Shown: positions 10,985 through 20,451 of the stretch, piece by piece
How positions within the stretch are numbered: the first letter of the stretch is position 1
Layout: each line of letters opens with the position of its first letter
Source of the DNA: Spirochaetia bacterium
Lineage (GTDB): Bacteria; Spirochaetota; Spirochaetia; CADAEX01
NCBI GenBank assembly: GCA_963662795.1
Contig: OY759746.1
Coordinates: 2,432,001-2,496,000 of the forward strand
Direction of reading: 5' to 3'
Length of the DNA: 64,000 nt
The notes under the pieces: generated by a model
Database searches by the model: none
What the model was told of the DNA's origin: nothing
The model's input: the letters and a program-made list of their open reading frames with translations, nothing else
Translations under genes and position numbers: made by a program

Positions 10985-12080
10985 TTCTCGGCACCCTCTT
11001 GTTGATATTGCAGTATATTTCGTATGGTATTGTCCCGCAAAGCTGCGCGACAGAATCGCCGCTTACTGCTGAATTCCCGCCGAACAGTATAACCTTGTCA
11101 CCTGTTTCGATACTGCGGTTTTTCCCGATATCCACCATGAACTGATCCATGCAGACCCTTCCCGCCACCGGGTAGGCTGCGCCCTTTATTTCGACTTTTC
11201 CCCTGCTGCTTAAAAGCCTGTTATACCCGTCAGCGTAGCCTGCCGGAATAGTAGCTATAAAGGTATCTTCCTTTGCTTCCCAGGTAAGTCCGTAGGAAAT
11301 CCTGTCTCCTTTTTTAACCTTTTTAATAAAAAGTACTGAAGATTCAAAAGTCATTACCGGTTTTATGTCAAATGTTTTTTCTGTCTCTGTGTCAGGGTAT
11401 GAGCCGTAAAGTATTATCCCCGGCCTTACCATATCAAAAAAAGCATCAGGGTACTGCAGAATGGCACCTGAGTTTGCCGCATGGACAAGTCCTGTATCGA
11501 TTTTTTTCTCCCTGATCTTATCAACAGTATTTTTAAATAAAGCGATCTGGTTTTCCGTGAATTCCCTGTCCCTTGTGTCGGATACCGGGAAATGGGTACA
11601 TACGCCGCCGAGTTTAAGGTTTTTATTTTCCGCAATGAATTCCGCTATTGCCGGAGCCTCTTCAGGTCTGCATCCGATCCTTCTCATTCCGGTGTCAATC
11701 TTGAGATGGACAGTTTTCCTGACTCCTCTTTTTTGAGCTTCTTTTGCTATATCATTGAGGTAAGATGTGTCTGCGGTAAAAGGGGTAATATCAAAATCAA
11801 ATAGTTCACCTATTTCGCCGGATGACGCAAGACTGAAAAGAAGTATCGGCGCCTTGAGTCCTTTTTCCCTTAGGGATGCCCCCTCGCTTACAGCCGCAAC
11901 TCCAAGGTAATCCGCAGAAGCGGTATCAATGGCCCTGCCTGCTAACGCCGCGGCCCCGTGTCCATAGGCATCCGCTTTAACAGCAATGCATATTTTTCTG
12001 TTTTTCCCTGTTCTTTCCCTTATGTTCCTGAGATTGTAAAGGAAATTGCCTTCGCTTATTAATGCTTTTGTGACTCTCAT
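10974..12080 (-). CDS. alr: Alanine racemase (probable ATG at 12080)
   Basis: AVKADAYGHG PLP Lys, KIDTGM, GYADG, GRVCMDQ, GTIPYEI. Confidence 0.97.
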   Translation of the reverse strand: MRVTKALISEGNFLYNLRNIRERTGKNRKICIAVKADAYGHGAAALAGRAIDTASADYLGVAAVSEGASLREKGLKAPILLFSLASSGEIGELFDFDITPFTADTSYLNDIAKEAQKRGVRKTVHLKIDTGMRRIGCRPEEAPAIAEFIAENKNLKLGGVCTHFPVSDTRDREFTENQIALFKNTVDKIREKKIDTGLVHAANSGAILQYPDAFFDMVRPGIILYGSYPDTETEKTFDIKPVMTFESSVLFIKKVKKGDRISYGLTWEAKEDTFIATIPAGYADGYNRLLSSRGKVEIKGAAYPVAGRVCMDQFMVDIGKNRSIETGDKVILFGGNSAVSGDSVAQLCGTIPYEIYCNINKRVPRIIV

Positions 12081-12154
12081 GTTTACAATATTATCACCGC
12101 TAACTTCACAGTGCAAGGCTCGATTTTATAATAGTTCTGTATTAAATTTACTTT

Positions 12155-12799
12155 ATGGATTTATTTGAAAACAAAAGAAAGCAGATGGTTGAGTATCAGA
12201 TAAAGGCCAGGGGTATTTCTTCAGAAAAAGTCCTTGAAGCAATGATGAAAGTCAACCGGCACCTGTTTGTCCCGCCGGATAAGGAACTTTATGCCTATGA
12301 GGACAGGCCTCTTGCAATCGGGCATGGACAGACAATCTCCCAGCCCTATATAGTGGCGCTGATGACTGAAGCGGCATCCCTTGCAGGCAGCGAGAAAGTC
12401 CTTGAAGTCGGCACAGGGTCAGGCTATCAGTGCGCTGTGCTTTCATGCTTATCCGATTTTGTTTATACAATTGAAAGAATAAAACCTCTCGCAGTGCTTG
12501 CCGGTAAAACACTTACCGATAATGGATTTTTGAACTGTAAAATTATACACGGCGACGGCTACAATGGCCTTCCGGATCAGGCACCGTTTGATGTAATTAT
12601 GTTAACCGCATCTCCTCCAGCCATGCCGGAAAAACTGCTCAAACAGCTTAACGAAGACGGGGGCAGGATGATTCTCCCTTTAGGTTCTGTCAGCCAGACA
12701 CTTATTAAAGTTATCAGATACAGAAGCAGATTCATCCGCGAGGATCTTGCCGGTGTAATGTTTGTTCCAATGGTGTCTGGTGTGCCGGATTATACATGA
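12155..12799 (+). CDS. pcm: Protein-L-isoaspartate O-methyltransferase
   Basis: GQTISQPYIVA, VLEVGTGSGY, GDGY...APFD, FVPM. Confidence 0.96.
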   Translation: MDLFENKRKQMVEYQIKARGISSEKVLEAMMKVNRHLFVPPDKELYAYEDRPLAIGHGQTISQPYIVALMTEAASLAGSEKVLEVGTGSGYQCAVLSCLSDFVYTIERIKPLAVLAGKTLTDNGFLNCKIIHGDGYNGLPDQAPFDVIMLTASPPAMPEKLLKQLNEDGGRMILPLGSVSQTLIKVIRYRSRFIREDLAGVMFVPMVSGVPDYT

Positions 12800-12969
12800 A
12801 TCGGCAGGAAATGTTTACAAAAACGCAATTATATGAATTACTGTTTGCCATAAAGGTGCATTCGGATTTAGAATAAAAGAGGTAAAACTTCAAACTGAAT
12901 TATAATGAAGTTTTACTGCACCCAGAGTGTCCGGTTATTCATGCATATTTGAGCTGCAAGGAGCTGATT

Positions 12970-14394
12970 ATGGAAATTAATTTTTATTCAAGAGGGGCTG
13001 CCCAGGAAGTTACGGGATCACGCCACTATCTCGAAGTTAACGGATCTGTTGTACAGATTGACTGCGGGGCCTACCAGGGGAAAAGGCAGGAATCAGAGGA
13101 AAGAAACAGGGCTATAGCAAAGGATATAAAAGATGTGAATGCCGTCGTTCTAACCCATGCCCATTTTGACCACAGCGGAATGCTCCCGGTTCTTGCTAAA
13201 AACGGATATTCGGGAAATATTTACGCAACTCCTGCAACACGGGATCTTGCCTCACTGATCATGATGGACAGCGCCCATATTCAGGCGAGAGATATTGAAT
13301 ATCTCAGAAAAAAAGCATTGAAGAACGGAACCCAGTTCAGCGGAGAAGTTATTTATGATGAGGAAGATGTTATAAAAGCAGGAAACCAGTTTGTCACTGT
13401 TTCATATAAAAGACCTATACTTTTGACTCCTGAAGTTGAACTTACCTTTTATGATGCGGGTCATATCCTCGGTTCCTCAGTAGCTGTTTTCAGGATAAAG
13501 GATAAAGATGGAAAAGAGATAATATTTGCATCCTCAGGCGATCTCGGAAGAAACAACAAACCCATTATCAGGGATCCTGAAATAATACCGGATCCTGATT
13601 ATCTTGTTATTGAAAGCACCTACGGCGACCGGCTCCACGATAGTGATTTTGATGCGGAGAAAAAACTGGGTGAGATTATAAGGGAAACTGCGCAGAAAGG
13701 GGGCAAGATAGTTATTCCCGCGTTCGCGATTGAGAGGACACAGGAAATTATCTACCATCTTCACCTTCTTCTGGACAGAAAAGAAATCCCTGAAATGCCG
13801 ATTTTCGTGGATAGCCCTATGGCAACTAACGCTACTGCCATTTTCAGAATACATCCTGAATGCTATGATGCTGAAACCAATGAAGCTTTTATAAAGCATC
13901 ATCAGAATCCTTTCGGCTTCAACTCCCTCCGGTATACATCAAGCGTTGAGGAATCAAAAAGCATAAATGATGTAGCAGGGCCCGCAATAATAATTTCCGC
14001 AGACGGTATGTGCGAGGCAGGGCGGATCAGGCATCATCTGATACAGACAGTTGAAAAACCTGAAAACACAATTCTTATAGTCGGTTATATGGCACAGCAT
14101 ACACTGGGAAGAAGAATACAGGAAAAAAATAACAAAATAAAAATATTCGGCGATACACTTGTTTTAAGAGCCAGGGTCGAGTCGCTGAACGCATTCAGCG
14201 CGCATGCAGATTACAATGAAATCAGGGATTATGTATCGCGGCTTGATTTAAAGAAATTAAAAAAGGTTTTTCTTGTTCACGGTGAGCCTGATGCTCAGGA
14301 TAACCTTAAAAAGGAACTTGAAAAAGCAGGAATAAAAAGCGTGGAAATTGTTAAATATGGAGAAAATTACAAAATTACCCAGGACTCTGAATAA
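12970..14394 (+). CDS. Metallo-beta-lactamase / beta-CASP ribonuclease
   Basis: VTGS, LTHAHFDHSG, AGHILGS, SGDLG, ESTYGDR, FSAHAD, LVHGE. Confidence 0.92.
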   Translation: MEINFYSRGAAQEVTGSRHYLEVNGSVVQIDCGAYQGKRQESEERNRAIAKDIKDVNAVVLTHAHFDHSGMLPVLAKNGYSGNIYATPATRDLASLIMMDSAHIQARDIEYLRKKALKNGTQFSGEVIYDEEDVIKAGNQFVTVSYKRPILLTPEVELTFYDAGHILGSSVAVFRIKDKDGKEIIFASSGDLGRNNKPIIRDPEIIPDPDYLVIESTYGDRLHDSDFDAEKKLGEIIRETAQKGGKIVIPAFAIERTQEIIYHLHLLLDRKEIPEMPIFVDSPMATNATAIFRIHPECYDAETNEAFIKHHQNPFGFNSLRYTSSVEESKSINDVAGPAIIISADGMCEAGRIRHHLIQTVEKPENTILIVGYMAQHTLGRRIQEKNNKIKIFGDTLVLRARVESLNAFSAHADYNEIRDYVSRLDLKKLKKVFLVHGEPDAQDNLKKELEKAGIKSVEIVKYGENYKITQDSE

Positions 14395-14438
14395 TCAGGG
14401 CCTATAAATTTATTTTACTGAATTTAATAAAGTAACAT

Positions 14439-15794
14439 ATGAAAAGAAGATACATAATAGCTATCACAATATTGTTTTTATCCGCTTTGAGCCTGTTATC
14501 AGAATACTATGTGAGACTGATTATAAAAGAAAACAGGGCGGTCCTCAGGGTCCTGACTGCGGAAAAAGCTAATATTGTAAGAGTAAAGCTTGAAAGCATA
14601 ATTAACACAAATCTCAACCTCACATACGGTCTTATTGCCAGTATAGCAGTAAATCAGGATTTTAAAAAAAGTGAAATGGACCGGCTGGCTGAATTTGTTC
14701 TTCAGGAATCCAATTCAATCAGAAATATCGCGTTAGCGCCGGGAAATGTTATTGCCTATGTAAGTCCATATGAAGAAAATAAAAAGGCGATAGGTCTTGC
14801 ATATCTTGAAAACGCGGAACATCGGGATTCAGTTCTTAAAATGATGAAAGTAAAGCGCAAAGTAGTTGCCGGGCCAGTCAGCCTTGTGCAGGGCGGAACA
14901 GGCTTTATCGGAAGAATACCTGTCTACAGGGATACGGAAAAAACAGAATACTGGGGACTTGCAAGCATTGTAATTGACGCCGAATGTGTTTATGAGCGTT
15001 CAGGTTTGAAGGACAATGTTTCAGGGATTGAAATCGCCCTTAGCGGAAGAGACGGTTCAGGTGAATGCGGAGATGTTTTTTTCGGGAAGGAAGAAATATT
15101 CAACAATGATCCTGTAATACTTACTGTTCAGCTGGGAGATGATTCCTGGGTACTTGGGGCTGTTCCTGCAGGAGGGTGGAACGATCCTGAATCAAACAGG
15201 AAGATTCTGCTTGCCAGAATCGGCGGTATAACAATTGCCCTTTTTTTAACCCTTTCTTTTCTTATTCTGCTGCTGTCAAACAGGACAATGCAGTATTATG
15301 CACTTTATGATCCGCTTACCGGGCTTGCCAACAGGAGGCTGTTCAGGATTGTATCACAACAGCTTTTAAATCTTTCATACAGGAAAAACAGGATACTCGG
15401 CATACTTTTCCTCGATCTTGATGACTTCAAAAAGGTAAACGATACTTACGGGCACAAGACAGGAGACAAGGTACTTGTTGAAACATCTAACCGGATAAAG
15501 GACTCATTAAGAAAATCCGATATAGTCTGCAGACATGGAGGAGATGAGTTTGTTGTAATACTTCATGATGTGGACTCCAGGGATAACATAGAAAAAATTG
15601 CCGGGAAGATTTTAAACAGTATTTCACAGCCTCTGAATCTCCAGGGGCTTATAATCAACTTAGGGGTAAGTATCGGGATATCTATCTATCCTGAAGATGG
15701 TGTTTCAATTTCCGATCTCCTTAAAAAAGCAGATTCAGCAATGTATTGTGCAAAGCAACGCGGAAAAATGTCATTCCATTTTTATAAGCAATAA
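14439..15794 (+). CDS. CHASE-sensor diguanylate cyclase
   Basis: Two TMs flanking AGPVSLVQGG CHASE motif; DPLTGLANR, DLDDFK, RKSD I-site, GGDEF. Confidence 0.92.
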   Translation: MKRRYIIAITILFLSALSLLSEYYVRLIIKENRAVLRVLTAEKANIVRVKLESIINTNLNLTYGLIASIAVNQDFKKSEMDRLAEFVLQESNSIRNIALAPGNVIAYVSPYEENKKAIGLAYLENAEHRDSVLKMMKVKRKVVAGPVSLVQGGTGFIGRIPVYRDTEKTEYWGLASIVIDAECVYERSGLKDNVSGIEIALSGRDGSGECGDVFFGKEEIFNNDPVILTVQLGDDSWVLGAVPAGGWNDPESNRKILLARIGGITIALFLTLSFLILLLSNRTMQYYALYDPLTGLANRRLFRIVSQQLLNLSYRKNRILGILFLDLDDFKKVNDTYGHKTGDKVLVETSNRIKDSLRKSDIVCRHGGDEFVVILHDVDSRDNIEKIAGKILNSISQPLNLQGLIINLGVSIGISIYPEDGVSISDLLKKADSAMYCAKQRGKMSFHFYKQ

Positions 15795-15856
15795 ACTATT
15801 TTTCGTGCTGCCAATATCCTTTTGTAATATATTTTTTTAACGGAGGAATTCTTATC

Positions 15857-16383
15857 ATGAAAAAAATAATATTTTTCTTTTCTCATTATTATCTGTTTTC
15901 GGGGAAGTAGAATTCGACGGTAAAACATACTTTACGGATAAGGACCTCGAAAAGTATAACCGTGAAAGCAAGGCAGGTTTTTTTATAGCTGTTGACGGTG
16001 TGGTTTACGATGTATCAAAAGTCCCTGCCTGGAAAAGCGGCAGCCATAAGAGCGGCAGTGCGGGAGAAGACATCTCCGGCAAGATTACATCTGCTCCTCA
16101 CGGGAAAAAAGTTCTTGCAAGGCTGCCTGTCTCTGGTTATCTTGTAAAAGGATTTACACTGAAAGAACTTGAGGCTTACAACGGAAAAAACGGCATGCCG
16201 AAATATATTGCAGTCGACGGTGTTGTTTTTGATGTAGGAAATACCGCAGCCTGAAACTCAGGCATGCACAAAGTCGGAGCAGCAGGAGAAGATATCTCTG
16301 ACAAAATCGTAAAGGCCCCTCACGGCAAAGGGGTTCTTCAGAAGAGAAAAGTTGCAGGAATAATCTCTTCTGCTGTACAATAA
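15857..16383 (+). pseudogene. Tandem cytochrome b5-like heme/steroid-binding domain protein, disrupted by an N-terminal frameshift and an in-frame TGA
   Basis: Two repeats IAVDGVVYDV..W..G.H..G.AGEDIS..I..APHG; TGA at 16252 replaces the Trp of repeat 2; RBS GGAGG and ATG 15857 are out of frame with the domains. Confidence 0.8.
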
Positions 16384-16399
16384 ATAAAAATAGCTGATA

Positions 16400-17038
16400 T
16401 TGCGCCAGGCAGGTATAAAAGAATTGAATTATTTTTCAATAATTGATGTTGAAACGACAGGTTTTTCACCATTAAAAAACGACAGGATCGTTGAGATCGG
16501 TATAATAAAAATTGATGAAGAAGGTAAATTTCTCGGTTCGTTTGAGACACTTGTAAATCCTCAAAGGGAAGTAGGCCCAACCCATGTACACGGTATATCT
16601 GAAAGTATGGTTACAGGCGCCCCAAGTTTCTCGGAAATAGCATGCGATATCCTTGAATTTATTGACGGGACATATCTGGCTGCCCATAACTCCGAGTTTG
16701 ATATGAGTTTTCTAAGGAATGAGTTTTCTCCGTTTGGCGTGGATATATCCGCGTTTCCAGGTTTCTGTACATTGAAAATCGCGCGGGAAATACTTCCTTC
16801 ACTTCCGTCAAAAAGCCTTGATTATCTTACCCGCCATTTCGATATCAAAAATCCTCTCATGCATTCAGCATATTCGGATGCTGTTGCCGCATCGGAGCTG
16901 CTGCTGATTTTTTTGAAAAAATATAATTATCAGTTAAAATATGACCGGATGAAAATTGTTGAGAATGTAATGAAGGACAATCTCTTCTTTACCCCTTCCG
17001 GCAAAAAGCTTACAAGGGCAGACCTGCTTAAAATGTAA
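16400..17038 (+). CDS. DEDDh 3'-5' exonuclease (DnaQ-like)
   Basis: IDVETTG, VHGI, AAHNSEFD, HSAYSDA. Confidence 0.9.
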   Translation: MRQAGIKELNYFSIIDVETTGFSPLKNDRIVEIGIIKIDEEGKFLGSFETLVNPQREVGPTHVHGISESMVTGAPSFSEIACDILEFIDGTYLAAHNSEFDMSFLRNEFSPFGVDISAFPGFCTLKIAREILPSLPSKSLDYLTRHFDIKNPLMHSAYSDAVAASELLLIFLKKYNYQLKYDRMKIVENVMKDNLFFTPSGKKLTRADLLKM

Positions 17039-17081
17039 AAGATGTATTGATTTATACTTAACATGTGTATAGTATGTATCT

Positions 17082-17525
17082 GTGGACAGCATAAATCTTC
17101 AAAAAATATCAGTTTTACAGGATCAAAGCTCCGGGAATTCACCCCGTATATGGCTTTTTAACGATCTTATAAAATGCGGATTCCCGTCTCCCTCCGAAGG
17201 ATACGCTGATGCGGAAATTGATTTCAACACATATATTATTGACCGACCCTCCTCCTCATACTGCTTTTTTGTTAAAGGAGATTCCATGGAAGGGCTCCAT
17301 ATCCTCAGCGGGAGCTGTAACTGTTGTGTTTGAACCAGACAGGCACAGGGAAAGTGAAAAAAACTGCAGCAGGCAGTCAGCGAAATAAACTTCAGATATG
17401 GCAGAAATACTGTCTCAAGCCTTTCATGCGGAACCGGGAACCCTGAGTGGCAAATGAGGCAGCAGAAGCTTTCCCCCGGATATACTACAGAGATCAATGA
17501 TTTTCCGGTTGTTTCCGCGGGGTAG
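17082..17525 (+). pseudogene. umuDC-like remnant: UmuD/S24 N-terminus fused by deletion to the UmuC C-terminal tail
   Basis: CGFPSPSEGY...VKGDSM followed by EINFRYGRNTV...WQMRQQKLSPGYTT. Confidence 0.85.
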
Positions 17526-17618
17526 GCTGTGATGAAAAACTTCTCTCCCGGCTGCCCGGCAACGGATAAAAAAAAGTGATTGACCATTGGAAAAAAAGAA
17601 TATAACATAACCTGACCT

Positions 17619-17687
17619 GACCGATTAGTCGGCAACTCCCTGAAAACAGGGAGAATTTTTTTAAGCATATAACGACCGGTTGGTCGG
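17619..17687. promoter_or_regulatory. Pair of TetR-type operators (GACCGATTAGTCGG, GACCGGTTGGTCGG)
   Basis: Two 14-nt near-palindromic copies (12/14 identical) downstream of a TTGACC promoter; TetR gene follows the operon. Confidence 0.65.
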
Positions 17688-17712
17688 TATATTGTCAAAA
17701 AGGGGGTCTACA

Positions 17713-17910
17713 TTGGGCGGATTTGCAGATTTTTCAGTTTTTCTTGCTTATTCTCTGGTTTTTCTGTCAGCTGCTGTATGCATTATTTATGGCATAGTCA
17801 ACTGGAATAAAGAGGGGGATGTCAGCGCGGAAGAAAATGAGGAAGAAAAAAAATGGCTGAAAACCGAGATTGAAATTGATGAAGAAATATCAGGAGGAGG
17901 GGCCGTATGA
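17713..17910 (+). CDS. Symporter small accessory membrane protein (probable TTG start)
   Basis: AGGGGG RBS, single TM ending CIIYGIVNWN, acidic tail; overlaps SSS start. Confidence 0.8.
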   Translation: MGGFADFSVFLAYSLVFLSAAVCIIYGIVNWNKEGDVSAEENEEEKKWLKTEIEIDEEISGGGAV

Positions 17911-19484
17911 ATATGTTCTGGCTGATTACAATAATTGTAGTTTATCTTTCAGTTATTTCTTACCTTGGGTATCTGGGGTTTTCCCACACAAAAAACAGCC
18001 TTGACTATATGGTTGGCGGAAGAAATATTCATCCCTATATTATGGCAATGTCTTACGGCGCGACTTTTATATCAACTTCTGCAATTGTAGGATTCGGCGG
18101 AGCTGCTTCTTTTTTCGGGATGAGTATGCTGTGGCTGACTGTCTGCAATATAGGTGTCGGAATATTCATCGCTTTTGTTTTTTATGGCAAGAAAACAAGG
18201 CGGATGGGGCTTAATCTTGACGCCCACACCTTCCCTGAGTTACTGGGGAAACGTCTTGACAGTATTTTTATACAGAGATTCGCAGGTATAATAATTTTTA
18301 TCTTTATGCCCCTTTATGCCGCAGCCGTTCTTATCGGCGCTTCAAGACTGATTGAAGGGCTGCTTGGTATGCCTTACATTTATGCGCTTTCAATTTTTAC
18401 TATTCTTGTCGCAGCTTACGTAATTATGGGCGGACTTAAAGGAGTCATGTACACGGACGCGCTGCAGGGAAGTCTCATGTTTTTCGGGATGATATTTCTG
18501 CTGATTTTTGTTTACTTCAAACTCGGCGGTATTACAGAAGCCCATTCCTCTCTTACCGCGCTTGCATCAAAAATCCCTGAAGGATTTGCGAAAATAGGTC
18601 ATGCCGGATGGACTGCATCACCTGCCCTTAATACCCCTTTATGGTGGATAATATATTCATCTCTGGTTCTTGGCGTAGGTATCGGTGTACTGGCTCAGCC
18701 ACAGCTTGTTGTCAGGTATATGACTGTAAAGAGCAATAAAGAGCTTAACCGGGCTGTTGCAGTCGGAGGGCTGTTTATTCTTGCTACAACCGGTACTGCC
18801 TTTATAATCGGGTCACTTTCAAATGTCTATTTTATTGAAAATTTCGGAAAGCTTGCTGTCCAGATGGCTGAAGGCAATCAGGACAAGGTAATTCCCATAT
18901 TTGTAAAAGAAGCCATGCCGGTCTGGTTCGGTTACATGTTTATGCTTGTTATTCTTTCGGCAGGCATGTCAACATTAAGCTCACAGTTTCATACAATCGG
19001 AACAGCGGTTGGAAGAGACATTATCCCCAGGTTTAGGGATAATAAAAACAGGGAAATAGTTATTACAAAAATAGGTATTGCCATAAGCATTCTCGCGACA
19101 GTTTTTCTCGGTATTAAAATGGGCCCGGGGATAATAGCGCAGGCTACTGCAATCTTTTTCGGTCTTATGGCTTCAAGCTTTCTTGCCCCGTATACAGCTG
19201 CGCTTTACTGGAAACGGCTGACAAGAAAAGGGGCGATAGCAGGTATTGTCTCAGGTGTTTCCACTACTGTATTCTGTTTTCTTTTCCTGCATGGAAAAGA
19301 GGCTGCAGTCTTCGGCATTTCAAAACTTCTAACAGGCCGGAATACAATTCTGGGGGGTATGTGGCCTTTTGTGGACCCTCTGGTAATAGCACTTCCGGTT
19401 TCAATAATCTTTACGATAGGTGTCAGCCTGATTACAAAGGTTGAGAATCAGGAGACTGTTGAAAAATCTTTCAAAGGCTGCTGA
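17907..19484 (+). CDS. Sodium:solute symporter family protein
   Basis: YMVGGR, ATFISTSA, GGLKGVMYTD, QPQL.VRYM, SAGMSTLSS; many TMs. Confidence 0.92.
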   Translation: MNMFWLITIIVVYLSVISYLGYLGFSHTKNSLDYMVGGRNIHPYIMAMSYGATFISTSAIVGFGGAASFFGMSMLWLTVCNIGVGIFIAFVFYGKKTRRMGLNLDAHTFPELLGKRLDSIFIQRFAGIIIFIFMPLYAAAVLIGASRLIEGLLGMPYIYALSIFTILVAAYVIMGGLKGVMYTDALQGSLMFFGMIFLLIFVYFKLGGITEAHSSLTALASKIPEGFAKIGHAGWTASPALNTPLWWIIYSSLVLGVGIGVLAQPQLVVRYMTVKSNKELNRAVAVGGLFILATTGTAFIIGSLSNVYFIENFGKLAVQMAEGNQDKVIPIFVKEAMPVWFGYMFMLVILSAGMSTLSSQFHTIGTAVGRDIIPRFRDNKNREIVITKIGIAISILATVFLGIKMGPGIIAQATAIFFGLMASSFLAPYTAALYWKRLTRKGAIAGIVSGVSTTVFCFLFLHGKEAAVFGISKLLTGRNTILGGMWPFVDPLVIALPVSIIFTIGVSLITKVENQETVEKSFKGC

Positions 19485-19507
19485 ACAGCGTCATAAATGA
19501 AAAAACG

Positions 19508-19547
19508 GCAGGGCAGAAACATATCCAGGTACCTGGATCTGCCCTGC
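19508..19547 (+). terminator. GC-rich hairpin after the symporter
   Basis: GCAGGGCAGA...TCTGCCCTGC with inner palindrome TCCAGGTACCTGGA; weak U-tract. Confidence 0.55.
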
Positions 19548-19680
19548 TTGATAAACATGACGTATTTATTAAGTTTTTATTCTGTTAAAATAGAAAAATC
19601 AAATCTTTTCAAAAATCCAAAACAAAACTATTATAATAGCATGAATTTTCATTCAAAATAAAAAAGTAAGAGGCTGTGAC

Positions 19681-20298
19681 GTGAAAAAAACCTTTGAGAA
19701 TCTGCCGGAAGCAAAAAAAGAGAGGATTATATCTGCCTGTATAGAGGAATTCTGTGAAAACGGGTATGAAAAAAGCACTACCGACAATATTGTTAAAAAA
19801 GCCGGAATATCGAAGGGGGGACTTTATGAGTATACTGAATCAAAAAAAGAACTATATATTTTTATTGTCATGTACACCTATGAAAAACTTTATAACTATC
19901 TGAGGAACAAGGTTGATGGTATGCAGAAGGAACTGCCTGCCGATATCCTTGACCGGTTTAAAATAATTTCAGACTTTGCCATAAATTTTTACATCGATCA
20001 TCCTGAATATGTGAAAATGATTGTAAAAACATATAAAATACATGATGTAGAAATAGAAAAGGAAGTCAGAAATATTTTTAATTCGCAGTTTATGACTATT
20101 TTCGGCAATATTGACGGGTCAAATCTAAGATATGATAAAGACCGGATATTTGACCTTCTTATGTGGCTATTGCTTAAGACCAGATATGACTTTCTTGTAG
20201 AGCTTGATTATGTCAATGATTTAAATGCCCTTAAACAGGACTACATCGCAAACTGGGAGTTTTTCCTCAATGTCCTTAGAAACGGTATTTACAATTAG
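19681..20298 (+). CDS. TetR/AcrR family regulator
   Basis: TFENLPEAKKERII...IVKKAGISKGGLYEY HTH. Confidence 0.92.
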   Translation: MKKTFENLPEAKKERIISACIEEFCENGYEKSTTDNIVKKAGISKGGLYEYTESKKELYIFIVMYTYEKLYNYLRNKVDGMQKELPADILDRFKIISDFAINFYIDHPEYVKMIVKTYKIHDVEIEKEVRNIFNSQFMTIFGNIDGSNLRYDKDRIFDLLMWLLLKTRYDFLVELDYVNDLNALKQDYIANWEFFLNVLRNGIYN

Positions 20299-20451
20299 TG
20301 ATGTAGAAGAATTAAATATGACTATATTAACCGCTTGTTTTGACATTGAATTTGTCTGAAAGAAAAAAGTTATCGTTATCAATAAAATAATTGAATTGGA
20401 CAGGGGTTTTTCCACGGATATATTATCTTTGTATATAAAAGGAGAAATCTG

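Noticed and set aside
12851-12930. Cobalamin or SAM riboswitch upstream of the beta-CASP gene
   Set aside because: Has AAGGTGC but lacks the GGGAA/B12-box and SAM-I core motifs; kept only as an unknown structure.
16252-16254. TGA recoding (Trp or Sec)
   Set aside because: TGA ends many intact genes here, the aligned residue is Trp not Cys, and the gene has a second lesion.
17123-17698. 191-aa minus-strand ORF
   Set aside because: Antisense to the umuDC remnant and the symporter promoter; no recognisable motifs.
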